A stretch of DNA of 64,000 bases from Sedimentisphaerales bacterium (GCA_040772485.1 JAXGYC010000010.1:288001-352000), one strand, 5' to 3'. Shown: positions 47,547-58,238, counted from the first letter of the stretch. Numbers and translations: made by a program. The notes: generated by a model not told the origin, from the letters alone.

Positions 47547-48467
47547 TCAGCGCGCGGGGGATGAATGCGCAAACATATGGGGGTCGTGGACCAGGAGCGA
47601 GTCCCTGTCGTTCAGTGGCCCGTGCGTCGATGAGTACACGGGCATCGTGCCCTTTGCATCGCCCCTATTCATGTTGACAGACTTGTTGTAGATATTGTCG
47701 TTGTCGAGGCCACAGGAGGAACGATGCTCAAATGACGCGTGCCCGTCGAGAAACAGGACGTTCTGCCCGTCTCTCTGATGTGAGACGGAGTTGCCCATGC
47801 GCGCCGTCCTGACATTGTTACCGTACGGAGCGACATCGGGCATGAAGATCGCGAAGTCTCCGGCAGCAGCCGCAGGGCTCATGATCCAGGGATTGCGGTC
47901 GGCGGCCACGGCGAGGTTCGGATCGCGCGACGTGGTCAGGCCGTACCTGCCGAAAGGAATGTGATAGGTGTAGCTGCAGTTGTCGGCCGGGGAGGCCCCG
48001 AAGTCCCATGCGTCCGCCAGTTTGAAGTCCGCTCTGAAGACTACTTCATCGGCAAGTTTGAATTCCGTCGTACCCCTATCGGCCGGGCAGACGAACATTC
48101 GAGGCTGCACCTGGGAGTACTTGACCAGCAGGTAGAAACACGAACTGATCGTCGCTTTGCCGCCCTTTCCATCGGGCGGAATGCTGTACGCCGTCTCGCG
48201 GTCCGGAGCCTTCCACATCACCGGCCCGTTCCACACCGAATTCGGATCGCCGGCGCGAGGTAGAGCGCCATCGTGTTCGCTCGCGTAGACCAGCATAGCC
48301 TTGCCGATCCGCGCCAGGTTCGCCCTGCACACCGCCCGCGTCGCCTGGTTGCGCGGCATCGACGCCAGCGGCCGGGCCAGGACCAGCAAGAACACACCCA
48401 CCACGATCAGCGCCAGGACATCCACCCGCGTCAACCCGCTCGATCCGCTTGGCCTCGTCATCGCCAT
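47547..48467 (-). CDS. Prepilin-like protein with H-X9-DG motif (DUF1559-related)
   Basis: G-LTRVDVLALIVV degenerate prepilin N-terminus, C..NL..IG.A...YA, FVCP, H.RDG.NVLF.DGH. Confidence 0.85.
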   Translation of the reverse strand: MAMTRPSGSSGLTRVDVLALIVVGVFLLVLARPLASMPRNQATRAVCRANLARIGKAMLVYASEHDGALPRAGDPNSVWNGPVMWKAPDRETAYSIPPDGKGGKATISSCFYLLVKYSQVQPRMFVCPADRGTTEFKLADEVVFRADFKLADAWDFGASPADNCSYTYHIPFGRYGLTTSRDPNLAVAADRNPWIMSPAAAAGDFAIFMPDVAPYGNNVRTARMGNSVSHQRDGQNVLFLDGHASFEHRSSCGLDNDNIYNKSVNMNRGDAKGTMPVYSSTHGPLNDRDSLLVHDPHMFAHSSPAR

Positions 48468-48603
48468 GTTCCCTCCAAAAGGCTCTCCCAGGCACACACC
48501 CCGTCGCACAGACCATCGTTCGCGCCTCTGCTCACAACAGAAGCTATTCTACCCCATCCCGCGTCCGAAGGGCAAGACCCATCGACACACTCCGCAGGCT
48601 CTC

Positions 48604-48672
48604 GTTCGTAGTGTGCCCGTGAGGGCATACCCAACCACAGACGGGATAACGCCTGACGGCGTCACTACGAAC
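48604..48672. repeat. REP/MITE-like palindromic element
   Basis: 10-bp inverted ends GTTCGTAGTG / CACTACGAAC enclosing two small hairpins (TGCCC-GTGA-GGGCA; ACGCC-TGAC-GGCGT). Confidence 0.65.
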
Positions 48673-48700
48673 AGGCGGGCAGACAGGGCAACACGAGAGA

Positions 48701-50734
48701 TTACAGGTTGTCCTGGAGGGCTTGGATGTCCTTATGGGTGCCGCTGACGAGCATCCGGTCGCCGGCGCCGAAGGCGTAGTCGGCGTTGGGCGTGACGAAG
48801 CGGGCGGGCCGGCCTTCCTGGAGCTCTCTGACGATGAAGACTGAGACGCGGTAGCGGGACCGCAGTTGCAGCTCGCCCAGCTTGCGGCCGGCCATCCACC
48901 GGGGCACTTCGATCTCGGTGACGATGGTGTCGCCGCCAATGTGGAGCGTCTGCGACTGGTCGTGGGCGGCGATGCGGGCGCCCAGCTCGACCGCGATGTT
49001 GCGGTGGGCCACCTCCTGGTTGTAGCGACGCAGCACGTCACTGTGGACCACCGAGCCGACCAGGCGGCCTTCCTCGTCGACCACCGGCAGCCGGTCCAGA
49101 CCCGTCTCGGCGAAGCGGTCCACGACGGCGTCGAGCGACTGGGTGACGCGGACCGGCACGATGGGCTCTCTGAAATCCATGATGTCATAGGCGTGCCGCA
49201 GCTCGTCCGGATCGCTGAGGATGTGCTTGAGGTTCTGAAGCGAGATGACACCCGTCAGCCGCCCGCGATCGCCGAGCGTGAAGATCACGTTGCGACGCAT
49301 CTCCAGGGCCAGGCGGACCAGCGCATCGAACGGCGCCTTTTCGGAAACGGAGGCCTCATCGGTGCGCAGCACGGCCGCGACCGGTATGGCGCGGAGCACG
49401 TTGAGGTCGTCCCCGTGATGGGTCTGGATGCCCACGCGACGCAGCTTCTCGGTGTAGATGGACTCGGCGTTGAGCTTGCGGAATACGAACGACGCCATGA
49501 CGACGGTGAACATCAGAGGCAGCAGAATGGCGTATTCGTTGGTCATCTCGACCAGGACGACAATCGCCGACAGCGGCGCCTGAATGCAGGCGCCGTTGAC
49601 CGCGGCCATGCCCACCAGGGCGTACGCGACGGGCGAAGCCGTCAGGCCAGGGAACAACTGGTTGACGGCCTGTCCGAAGGCACCGCCCAGCATCGCGCCG
49701 ATGAACAGCGAGGGTGCGAACACGCCGCCGGAGCCGCCCGAGCCGACCGTGATCGCGGTGGCGACGATCTTCAGCACCACCAGCAACAGCATCAGGCTCA
49801 GTGCCATCTGCCCGTCGAAGAGAACGCGGATCGATTCATAGCCGACCCCCATGATGTGCGGAAAGAAGATCGCGGCCACGCCGACCAGCAGGCCGCCGCC
49901 GGCCGGACGAACCCACTGCGGGATCCGGGTCTTCTCAAAGAGGTCTTCGGCAATGTAGATGCTTCGGGAGAACGCCGAAGCCACCAGACCCGCAGCGAGA
50001 CCCAGGACCAGGTACAGGCCGAACTCCCAGTGCGAGACCATCGTGAACAACGGCAGCGTGAACTCCGTGATGTTGCCGTGAAACTGACGCGTTACGGCGG
50101 TGGCGCCCACCGCCGAGACCAGGATCGGAGTGAAGGCGCTGAGGCCGAAATCCGCGACGATCAATTCCATCGCAAACAACGTACCGGCCATCGGCGCGTT
50201 GAACGTCGCGGCGATGCCCGCCGCCACGCCGCAGCCGACCAGGGTCTTGAGCTGGACCGGATGAAGTCGAAGCACCTGCCCTACCGTCGAGGCAATGGCC
50301 GCGCCGATCTGCACGATGGGCCCTTCCCGACCGACCGATCCGCCGCTGGCGATGCTGACAGCCGACGCGAGCGACTTGACGACCGCCACGATCGGGCGAA
50401 TGACACTGTTCCGCGTGATCACCGCGATCATCACCTCGGGGACGCCGGGACCTCGGGCCTCGCGGGCCAGGAAGTAGATCAGCAGACCGACGATCGCGCC
50501 CCCTGCCGCCGGCAGCAGCAGCCGGCGGTACCAGGCCACCGCGAACAACGCCTCCGGCGATACGTCCGCCTGCGACCAGAACACGACCTGAAACAGGAAG
50601 ATCAGCTTCTTGAACAACAGGGCGCCGAAGCCGCCGAGGATGCCGACGACGACCGCCAGCAGCAGCATTTCGGTGGCCGGCGTCAGCTTCAGACGCCGGA
50701 GAATCGATTGTCGCGTGTTCCAGATCCTTCGCAT
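48701..50734 (-). CDS. CLC anion channel/transporter with CBS pair and TrkA-C domain
   Basis: GPGVPE, GS.GREGP.VQIG, FNAP, GGSGGVFAP, SIYT; CBS pair; RCK-C tail. Confidence 0.92.
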   Translation of the reverse strand: MRRIWNTRQSILRRLKLTPATEMLLLAVVVGILGGFGALLFKKLIFLFQVVFWSQADVSPEALFAVAWYRRLLLPAAGGAIVGLLIYFLAREARGPGVPEVMIAVITRNSVIRPIVAVVKSLASAVSIASGGSVGREGPIVQIGAAIASTVGQVLRLHPVQLKTLVGCGVAAGIAATFNAPMAGTLFAMELIVADFGLSAFTPILVSAVGATAVTRQFHGNITEFTLPLFTMVSHWEFGLYLVLGLAAGLVASAFSRSIYIAEDLFEKTRIPQWVRPAGGGLLVGVAAIFFPHIMGVGYESIRVLFDGQMALSLMLLLVVLKIVATAITVGSGGSGGVFAPSLFIGAMLGGAFGQAVNQLFPGLTASPVAYALVGMAAVNGACIQAPLSAIVVLVEMTNEYAILLPLMFTVVMASFVFRKLNAESIYTEKLRRVGIQTHHGDDLNVLRAIPVAAVLRTDEASVSEKAPFDALVRLALEMRRNVIFTLGDRGRLTGVISLQNLKHILSDPDELRHAYDIMDFREPIVPVRVTQSLDAVVDRFAETGLDRLPVVDEEGRLVGSVVHSDVLRRYNQEVAHRNIAVELGARIAAHDQSQTLHIGGDTIVTEIEVPRWMAGRKLGELQLRSRYRVSVFIVRELQEGRPARFVTPNADYAFGAGDRMLVSGTHKDIQALQDNL

Positions 50735-50923
50735 GGGCCTCCGGGGTACACTTCAGCCGTTTCTCGATCGCTCCAGGACGGTCCCGGTGTGAGCACTCAA
50801 ACGGCATGGACGCGGGGAGTATACGACCTGCCTGCGTCGGCGGCAATGCCTTGTTCGCGCACGGTTCTGTCGTCGGCCGGGCCTCGTGGCTTCCGACTTC
50901 GATGGGGCAGGTGGCGTTCTGCC

Positions 50924-52036
50924 TCAGGAGCGAGCCGACATGCGGTTCGAACGCGGACTGGACGGCCGCTCCGGGCGATCGTTGGGCCGGTCCGACGCGA
51001 AAGACTCGAAACGTCCGAAGATCATCTTGCCCGCCGACGTCTGCAAGGAGCTGGTCACGCTGATCTGCACCTCCCGCCCGATCTTGTTGCGCCCCCCTTC
51101 GACGACGATCATCGTGCCGTCGTCGAGATAGCCGATGCCCTGGTCGGCTTCCTCGCCCGGCTTGACGATCTTGACCTGCATCGCCTCGCCCGGCAGGGCC
51201 ACCACCTTGAGCGAATTGGCCAGATCGTTGATATTGACCACGTCAACGCCGCGAACCTGGGCGACCTTCGTCAGGTTGTAGTCGGTGGTGACCAGGCGTC
51301 CGTTGTGCACCTTGGCAAAGACCATCAACTTCTGATCGACACCCTTGGCCTCCTCCGTCTCGGCGACGGCGGTCTCGTCGATCTCCACCTCGATCACCTG
51401 GCTGGACTGCATCTTCTTAAGCACGTCCAGACCGCGACGGCCACGGTTGCGTTTGAGTTTGTCGGCCGAGTCGGCGATGAGCTGCAGCTCGTTGAGCACG
51501 AACCGCGGCACGATGATCGGCGCGTCGAACAGACGGCTCTCGGACAGGTCGTAGATGCGACCGTCGACGATGGCGGAGGTGTCGAGGATCAACGGGCGCG
51601 CCCCCTTGGTCTGCTTGGCGAACTCGACGTACGGCACGACGAAGCGGAAATCGTCCTTCGTGCGCATCACGATGCTGATCGTGAAGTAACAGATGCAGAT
51701 GCCCAGCATCCACTTGATGGCGACCTTGGCCGGCTCGACCATCTGAATCCGATACGATTCGCCAATCATGTCGACGGCGCTGGCCAGGGCGCCGCTGATC
51801 ATCATGCCCACAAGAAGGCCGAAAAACACCCCCGCCAACGCGCTGAGTTTGCGCTTGGGCGTCAGGACGTCCAGGAAGAAGAAGAAGATGGTCAGGCCCA
51901 CGCCGCTGATGACCACCGACCACCAGCTCGCGGAGTTCTCGGTTGTGCTCAGCTCGACCGACGAGGCGTTGACCACCAGCACGGAGACCACAATAACGAT
52001 GAACACCCCACGAAACAGCCACAATAGCATCGCCAC
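50924..52036 (-). CDS. PIN/TRAM domain membrane protein (YacL-like)
   Basis: TM helices, LDTS.IVDGRI, NELQ.IADS.D..KR.RGRRGLD, TTD.NL, QG.GYLDDGTM.VVE, SLQT.AG.MIF. Confidence 0.93.
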   Translation of the reverse strand: MAMLLWLFRGVFIVIVVSVLVVNASSVELSTTENSASWWSVVISGVGLTIFFFFLDVLTPKRKLSALAGVFFGLLVGMMISGALASAVDMIGESYRIQMVEPAKVAIKWMLGICICYFTISIVMRTKDDFRFVVPYVEFAKQTKGARPLILDTSAIVDGRIYDLSESRLFDAPIIVPRFVLNELQLIADSADKLKRNRGRRGLDVLKKMQSSQVIEVEIDETAVAETEEAKGVDQKLMVFAKVHNGRLVTTDYNLTKVAQVRGVDVVNINDLANSLKVVALPGEAMQVKIVKPGEEADQGIGYLDDGTMIVVEGGRNKIGREVQISVTSSLQTSAGKMIFGRFESFASDRPNDRPERPSSPRSNRMSARS

Positions 52037-52159
52037 GACCTTTCAATGATCGTCAGTCCGTTCGGCAATTCTTTCATTATAGCCATCGGCTGCGCTGTCG
52101 GCAACCACGACCTCCTCCGCCCGCCCTCGTGGAATTGCCGCCCGCGTACACGGGTTAGA

Positions 52160-52190
52160 CAAAGGGCTCTCCTGCCTGGGGGAGAGCCCT
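52160..52190 (-). terminator. Possible terminator after rpsA
   Basis: AGGGCTCTCC...GGAGAGCCCT stem followed by TTG on the minus strand. Confidence 0.5.
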
Positions 52191-52250
52191 GAAAATCGCT
52201 TCAGGCGGCAAGCGATGCTGCCCGCCGCGTTTCTACCGGTCGGCCGGTTC

Positions 52251-54044
52251 TCAGCCTTCGGCACCGTCCTTCTTTTCGGGGGCCGGCTTGGCGGACCGCA
52301 GGGTGATTCCCAGCGTGTCGCCGCCGGAGGGGTAGGAGCTTTCCTCCCTGGCCACCGGCTGCACCTTCGACGACGGCGCCGGTGCGGCGTGCTCTTCCTG
52401 GGCCCACTGCACCCTTCGCAGACTCAGGCCGATTTTGCGAGCTTCGGGATCGACTTTGAGGATCTTCACCTCGACCTCGTCGTCGGGCTTGACCACATCC
52501 TGCGGCTTGTCGATCTTGTGATCGGCCAGCTCGGAGATGTGCAGCAGACCTTCCAGGTCCGGCTCCAGCTCCACGAACGCGCCGAAGTTGGTGAGTTTGG
52601 CGATCTTGCCTTTGATGATGTGACCGGGGATGTACTTTTCGGGAATCGCACGAATCCACGGGTCCTCGGTCATCTGCTTGATGCCGAGCGAGATCCGCTG
52701 CTTGGCCTCGTTGACCTCGAGGACCACGCACTTGACCTCCTGGCCTTTCTCCAGCGCCTCGCTGGGGTGCCCGAACTTGCGGGTCCAGCTCAGGTCGGAG
52801 ATGTGGACCATGCCGTCGATGCCCGGCTCGATCTCGACGAAGGCGCCGAAGTTCGTCATACTGCGCACGTTGGCGGTCACCACGGTTCCCGGCGGATACT
52901 TCCGGGCGGCCAGCTCCCACGGATTCTGCTCGGTCTGCTTGATGCCCAGCGAGATTTCCTGCTTCTCCTTGTTGACATTCAGAACGACAACGTCGATCTC
53001 GTCGCCGAGGTTGACCATCTCGCCGGGATGCGACAGACGCCGGGTCCAGCTCATCTCGCTGATGTGCACGAGGCCTTCGATCCCGTCTTCCAGACGGACG
53101 AAGACGCCGTAGTTCATCACGTTGACGACCTTGCCCTTGACCTTTGCGCCGACCGGGTACTTCGTCTCGACGCTCTCCCACGGACTGGGGCTCTTCTGCT
53201 TGAGGCCCAGCGAGATCTTCTCGCTCTCTTTGTCGACGCCGATGACCACGCACTCGATTTCCTGATCCAGATCGACCACCTCGGAGGGGTGCGAGATGCG
53301 GCCCCAGCTCAGATCGGAGATGTGCAGCAGGCCGTCCAGCCCGCCCAGGTCGACGAACACGCCGAAGTCCGCGATGTTCTTGACGATACCCTTGCGGAGC
53401 TGACCGACCTCGATCTCGTTGAGAATCTTCTCTTTGCTGGCGCGGCGCTCTTCCTCGATGAGCTTTCGGCGGGAAACCACGATGTTGCGGTTCTCCACGT
53501 CGATCTTGAGGATCTTGCACTCCACGTCCTTGCCGATGAACCGGCTGATGTCGCCCGGTTTGCGAATGTCAACCTGCGAGGCCGGCAGGAAGACCGGGAC
53601 CCCGATGTCCACGAGCAGGCCACCCTTGATCCGCCGGATGACCTTGCCGCTTACAACGTCCCCTTCCTGCTTGGTGTTGATGATGTGCTCCCAGCCGCGA
53701 ATCGTGTCGGCCTTGCGCTTGCTCAGAAGGATCAGCCCGCCGTCCGAGTCGGTGTCCTCCAGCAGAACCTCGATCTCCCGGCCCGGCGCGATCTCGTCCG
53801 GACTGCCGAACTCGCCGGCGTCGACCACGCCCTCGCTCTTCAGACCGACCTCGACGATCACGTCGTTGCCGATCTGAGAGACGATGGTGCCCTTGAGAAT
53901 CGTTCCCGGCAGACGCGAGTCCACTTTCTTTTGCAGCATCTGTTCGAGGTACTGATTCTCCACGTCCCCGAACATCTCGCCGATCTGCTCTTCCAGTTTC
54001 GCGTCGGACAGCCCCAGCTTGTTGACTAAGTTTCGATCTACCAT
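52251..54044 (-). CDS. rpsA: 30S ribosomal protein S1
   Basis: Six S1 repeats (FG.FV...GL.HIS.LSW); start MVDRNLV. Confidence 0.96.
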   Translation of the reverse strand: MVDRNLVNKLGLSDAKLEEQIGEMFGDVENQYLEQMLQKKVDSRLPGTILKGTIVSQIGNDVIVEVGLKSEGVVDAGEFGSPDEIAPGREIEVLLEDTDSDGGLILLSKRKADTIRGWEHIINTKQEGDVVSGKVIRRIKGGLLVDIGVPVFLPASQVDIRKPGDISRFIGKDVECKILKIDVENRNIVVSRRKLIEEERRASKEKILNEIEVGQLRKGIVKNIADFGVFVDLGGLDGLLHISDLSWGRISHPSEVVDLDQEIECVVIGVDKESEKISLGLKQKSPSPWESVETKYPVGAKVKGKVVNVMNYGVFVRLEDGIEGLVHISEMSWTRRLSHPGEMVNLGDEIDVVVLNVNKEKQEISLGIKQTEQNPWELAARKYPPGTVVTANVRSMTNFGAFVEIEPGIDGMVHISDLSWTRKFGHPSEALEKGQEVKCVVLEVNEAKQRISLGIKQMTEDPWIRAIPEKYIPGHIIKGKIAKLTNFGAFVELEPDLEGLLHISELADHKIDKPQDVVKPDDEVEVKILKVDPEARKIGLSLRRVQWAQEEHAAPAPSSKVQPVAREESSYPSGGDTLGITLRSAKPAPEKKDGAEG

Positions 54045-54207
54045 AGATTCCGATTCCCCTGTGGAGTCTTTCCGTGCGACCGACCGACGCTCCACATACA
54101 CATCAGCCGGCCTCAATGCCGCAGTGCATCAATCCAAGTTGATATTGGCATCCCCCTGCTCACGCAGCAGAAGGCACTACACGCTCGAACGCGACGAGGC
54201 GACGAAC

Positions 54208-55059
54208 TCACTGTTCTTCGCCAAATCGCTCCAAATGCTTGACAAATTCTTCAATCACCCAATCCGGGGTGGAGGCCCCGGCCGTTACACCAGCCACCTT
54301 CCTGCCGAAAAGGGTCTTTTTATCAAGTTCGTCCCAATTCTGCAAGTGAAAGGTCGCTTCGTTGTGTTTTTTGCACAGGTCGGCCAGGCGGCGGGTGTTG
54401 GCGCTGTGGAGCCCTCCCAGGACAAACATGATGTCCACCTGCTGGCACAGCTCGATGGCGGACTCCTGCCGTTTGATCGCCTCCTTGCACAGGGTATTGA
54501 CCACCTTCAGCTCGCTGAAGCGGCGGCGGGCGATGGCGTCCAGCATCCGTCCGAGATGCTCGGGGCTCTGCGTCGTCTGGCAGACGATGCCCAGCCGCCC
54601 GTTGTGGGGCAGCTTGTCCAGATCCGCCTCGTCGGCCACGACGACCACATCGTTGACGCACCCGACCACCCCCTGGACCTCCGGGTGGTTCTCCTCGCCG
54701 ATAATCACGACCTCGTAGCCTTCGGCTTCGAGCTGCTGGACGATCTGCTGGAGGCGTTTGACCAGGACACAGGTGGCGTCCACGATGTGGAAACCCTCGT
54801 CCTTGAGCCGGCTCAGCTCGCTCGGGGCCACCCCATGAGAGCGAATCAGGACCGTCCCTGAATCCATTTTGTCAATGGAATCGACTGTATGCAGGCCAGC
54901 GGCCCGCAGCCGTTCCACCTCGTCCTTATTGTGTATTATCGGACCGAGACAGTAGACCGACTGGCCCTCCGGAGCCCGCTTCAACGTCTTCTCCGCCATG
55001 CTGATCGCGTTGCGAACCCCCGGGCAGAACCCGCATTTTGCCGCTACCAGTACCTTCAT
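54208..55059 (-). CDS. ispH: 4-hydroxy-3-methylbut-2-enyl diphosphate reductase
   Basis: GFC.GV, IIHN, SHG, DATC, HPEV, QTT, TLC...RQ, SANT, AGASTP. Confidence 0.96.
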   Translation of the reverse strand: MKVLVAAKCGFCPGVRNAISMAEKTLKRAPEGQSVYCLGPIIHNKDEVERLRAAGLHTVDSIDKMDSGTVLIRSHGVAPSELSRLKDEGFHIVDATCVLVKRLQQIVQQLEAEGYEVVIIGEENHPEVQGVVGCVNDVVVVADEADLDKLPHNGRLGIVCQTTQSPEHLGRMLDAIARRRFSELKVVNTLCKEAIKRQESAIELCQQVDIMFVLGGLHSANTRRLADLCKKHNEATFHLQNWDELDKKTLFGRKVAGVTAGASTPDWVIEEFVKHLERFGEEQ

Positions 55060-55189
55060 ATTCGATCCATGCCACCTTCGGCCAATCACGACGCACAAAC
55101 AGAGCGGGAGCGGGCCGATCCACCCACTCCCGTTGACTCCTCTTACGCATTCACAGGCCCGCAGTGCGACCCGATCAGACGCGGAATGC

Positions 55190-55879
55190 CTATTCTACCG
55201 GCTGAATCCAGAGGTTGCGGTACTCGATCGCAGCGCCCTCGCTCTGGAGGCAGATCCTGCCCCCGCGTTCGGAGCACTGCGTCGCCACGTTCTGGAGCGT
55301 GCCGTTAACGAGCACAACGACCCAGTCGTCCTTGCAGATGATGTCGTAGGCATTCCACTGGCCGGGCTCCTTCTCGCTGCTGTCATGGAGCTTGATCGTG
55401 CGGCGGCCCTGGACTCGACTGCCGCCTCTGGCGTGCTGGGCGGTCTCGAGGCCGTCGATCACCCAGAAATCGCCTGCGCTGCCGGCCTGGAGCTGGCATT
55501 CGAGGCTCCTGGGCCAGACCTTGTCGGCGCCGCTGGTGTGCACCAGGACGCCGTTATTGCCCGGCTTGGCGGGCCACCGCCATTCGACGTGCAGATGGTA
55601 GTCGGCATACGGCGTCTCCGTCCGCATGTAGCCGGCCGGCTTGCCTTCGCAACGCAGCACACCCTGGCTGATCGACCAGGTCTTGGCGACGTCGGCGTTC
55701 GCATCGGGCAGGAACAGCTTCCAGCCGGTGAAGTCCGTCCCGTTGAAGAGGACGATCTTCTCCTTTGGCACGGTCGCCGAGGCCGCCTCAACTGCGGCGA
55801 CCGGTCCGGCCGTCAGAACAATCAGCAGCACCACGGCGACCCCAATCAGGGTCGCGCGCCTTCTATCCTGGCTTGGCAT
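55190..55879 (-). CDS. DUF1080 / 3-keto-glycoside hydrolase-like secreted protein
   Basis: LFNG.DF.GW, HVEWRW, GNNGV, ECQL, GQWN, ICLQSEG..IEYRN; AAAGGAG RBS. Confidence 0.9.
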   Translation of the reverse strand: MPSQDRRRATLIGVAVVLLIVLTAGPVAAVEAASATVPKEKIVLFNGTDFTGWKLFLPDANADVAKTWSISQGVLRCEGKPAGYMRTETPYADYHLHVEWRWPAKPGNNGVLVHTSGADKVWPRSLECQLQAGSAGDFWVIDGLETAQHARGGSRVQGRRTIKLHDSSEKEPGQWNAYDIICKDDWVVVLVNGTLQNVATQCSERGGRICLQSEGAAIEYRNLWIQPVE

Positions 55880-55919
55880 TCTCGACACTCCTTTCATCGA
55901 ACGCGACATCAGCCGACGA

Positions 55920-57242
55920 TCAGACCAACCTCGTCTTGCCCGGAACCGCCACCTCGGGCATGGCCAGATCGCCGAATTCGTACGCCGGCGGCGCCAGGTC
56001 CAGCTTCGAGGCGTTCATCACCCAGTCCCACTTCAAGGCCCGGCCTGTGTAGGCGCTCATCCGGCCCATGATCGCGGTCATCGTACTCTCGGCAATCCGC
56101 TTGCCCTCGTTCAGACGCTTGCCCTGGCGAATCGCGGCAATCTGGTCGGCATGCTGGGTCAGGCAGGGATCGACCTGGTCCCAGGCGATCTCGGCGGCGT
56201 CAGCCCCCGCGAACACGGCCCGGCCGAAGTCCAGCCGCGCCGAGCCTTTGGTCCCGACGATGTGCTGATAGTGCGGATTCGAGATGCCGTCCTGCTGGGT
56301 GCCCTTGTAGGAAACGCTCACGCCGTTCGCGTACTCGTATTCCACCGCGAAGTGGTCGTAGGAGTCGCCATACTCCGGCTCTGTCCGCTGTTGCCGCCCG
56401 CCCAGGGCAAAGCACTGAACCGGAGGTCCGCCCAGAGCCCAGTTGACGACGTCGAGGTCGTGCACGTGCATCTCGACGATGAAGTCGCCGCTCAACCAGG
56501 TCATGAACAGCCAGCGACGCAGTTGCCATTCCATGTCCGACCACTGGGGTCTTCGTTGCGAAGGCCCCCAGCCACGCATGGCGTCTCCCAGGCGGAAGCA
56601 TTGCCCGCTCTGGATCGTGCCCAGCGCGCCGTCGCGAATGCGTTTCATCGCCTCGACCAGGTGCGAAATCCGGCGCATCTGCGTGCCGGCCACAAACGTC
56701 AGACCCTTCTGGTCCGCCAGCTCCGCCGAGGCGATCACCGAGCGCACCCCCACCGGGTCCACCGCCACCGGCTTCTCGGCAAACACGTGCTTGCCCGCTT
56801 CAAAGGCCGCCCTGATGTGCATCGGGCGGAAATGCGGCGCGGTCGTCAGGATCACCACATCCACGTTCGTCGCCAGCACCTTCTTGTAGGCGTCCCAGCC
56901 GACGAAGCAGGTCTCATCGGTGACTTTGACCTTGTCCCGGATCGGGTTCGGATCTTCGCCTTCCTTGGGTTGTCGGGTCAGCGCCGCGCGACATCTGTCC
57001 AGCGAATCCTTGAACAGGTCGCCCATTGCGATCAGTTCGACGTTCTCGGCCGCCACCAGAAACCGGGAGGTATCGTGCATGCCCCTCCCGCCGCAGCCAA
57101 TCAAACCGACGCGGATCTTGTCGCTGCCGGCGGCGAATGCACGCGGGCTCAGGCCCGAGGCCACCGCGGCGGACACTACGCCGACCGCCGCCCCTTTCAT
57201 GAAGTCACGTCTCGATACTGCATGCTTGATTCCATCGTTCAT
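55920..57242 (-). CDS. Tat-exported Gfo/Idh/MocA oxidoreductase
   Basis: SRRDFMK leader; VGLIGCGGRG, PHFRP.H, KHVF.EKP, SGD.IVE.HVH.LD. Confidence 0.92.
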   Translation of the reverse strand: MNDGIKHAVSRRDFMKGAAVGVVSAAVASGLSPRAFAAGSDKIRVGLIGCGGRGMHDTSRFLVAAENVELIAMGDLFKDSLDRCRAALTRQPKEGEDPNPIRDKVKVTDETCFVGWDAYKKVLATNVDVVILTTAPHFRPMHIRAAFEAGKHVFAEKPVAVDPVGVRSVIASAELADQKGLTFVAGTQMRRISHLVEAMKRIRDGALGTIQSGQCFRLGDAMRGWGPSQRRPQWSDMEWQLRRWLFMTWLSGDFIVEMHVHDLDVVNWALGGPPVQCFALGGRQQRTEPEYGDSYDHFAVEYEYANGVSVSYKGTQQDGISNPHYQHIVGTKGSARLDFGRAVFAGADAAEIAWDQVDPCLTQHADQIAAIRQGKRLNEGKRIAESTMTAIMGRMSAYTGRALKWDWVMNASKLDLAPPAYEFGDLAMPEVAVPGKTRLV

Positions 57243-57276
57243 CGCTGCACCCCAATCTTGCCGTACATGCGGACCG

Positions 57277-57978
57277 CTATTCCAACGGTTCTATGTGGAT
57301 ATTGCGAAACTCGATGACGCCCGACTCGACCTGCAGGCCGATGTACCCGCTGCGACGGGTCAGGCCCGGATGTCGCTCGTACAGATAAGGATAGAACGTC
57401 ACGTCGGTGTCGACGACCTGCTTTCCGTTCAGAGCCACAGCGATGCGCGAACCGCGGCACTTGATCGCCATCTGCTGCCACTGGCCGGCCCCGCGGCCCG
57501 CCCGCTCGGACGGCGCCTGAATGTTATAAAGGCTGCCGGTAAACTGGTCCGGCTGAAGATCGCCCCACTCGCGCGTCGCATCGTCGAGAATCTGGACTTC
57601 GATTCCCGCATGGGAAGGATCGCCTCGCAGTGGAGACCGGAGGAAGACGCCGCCATCGGCGCCCGGCGAGATTCGGAACTCCAGCGACAGCACAAAGTCG
57701 CCGTACTGGTCCACTGTCGCCAGCCAGCCGGCGCCGGATGCCGCAGAAGCGTCCGCACCTGCCGAGGCCGCATCCGACGACGCTCGACCCGTGAGCACGC
57801 CGTCCGTCAGCCGCCAGCGGCCCTGCTCGCCCCCGATCACCTGCCAGCCGACCAGACCGGTCGCGAGCAGATCGGTTCGTTGCGACTCGCGGCAGAACCG
57901 CGCCGGCGTACAGGAACCGAGTATCATGACGGCACAAAGCAAGAAAATGAATGGCCCGGCCTGGCCTGTATGACGCAT
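57277..57978 (-). CDS. DUF1080 lipoprotein
   Basis: AGGAGGTG RBS; lipobox LGSC; YGDF.L.LEFR, GGVFLR, IEVQILD, TGSLY, GYIGLQ...IEFRNI. Confidence 0.85.
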   Translation of the reverse strand: MRHTGQAGPFIFLLCAVMILGSCTPARFCRESQRTDLLATGLVGWQVIGGEQGRWRLTDGVLTGRASSDAASAGADASAASGAGWLATVDQYGDFVLSLEFRISPGADGGVFLRSPLRGDPSHAGIEVQILDDATREWGDLQPDQFTGSLYNIQAPSERAGRGAGQWQQMAIKCRGSRIAVALNGKQVVDTDVTFYPYLYERHPGLTRRSGYIGLQVESGVIEFRNIHIEPLE

Positions 57979-58238
57979 ATCACACCTCCTGCTGGCGTAG
58001 CGGATTGGCCCCCTCGCATTCGATTGACATCGCTTATAGTGTCGTCGCATTTCGACACGCACGCCTTCGTAGAAACCATCGGCCCAAAGCTCACAGGGCC
58101 AAGGCTACCGGGTCGGCCGGCGACCGTCAAGCGCATTTCGCCGCTTCCACAGGTCCGTGCGTTTGCTTGACGCGGCTGCCGCCTTGCGATACGATTGATC
58201 CGTGTCGTGAGATGATGTCGCCGCGAGAGAATGGGCCT

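Noticed and set aside
50924..52036. PIN toxin of a toxin-antitoxin system
   Set aside because: The TM + PIN + TRAM architecture is the conserved YacL family, and there is no antitoxin gene.
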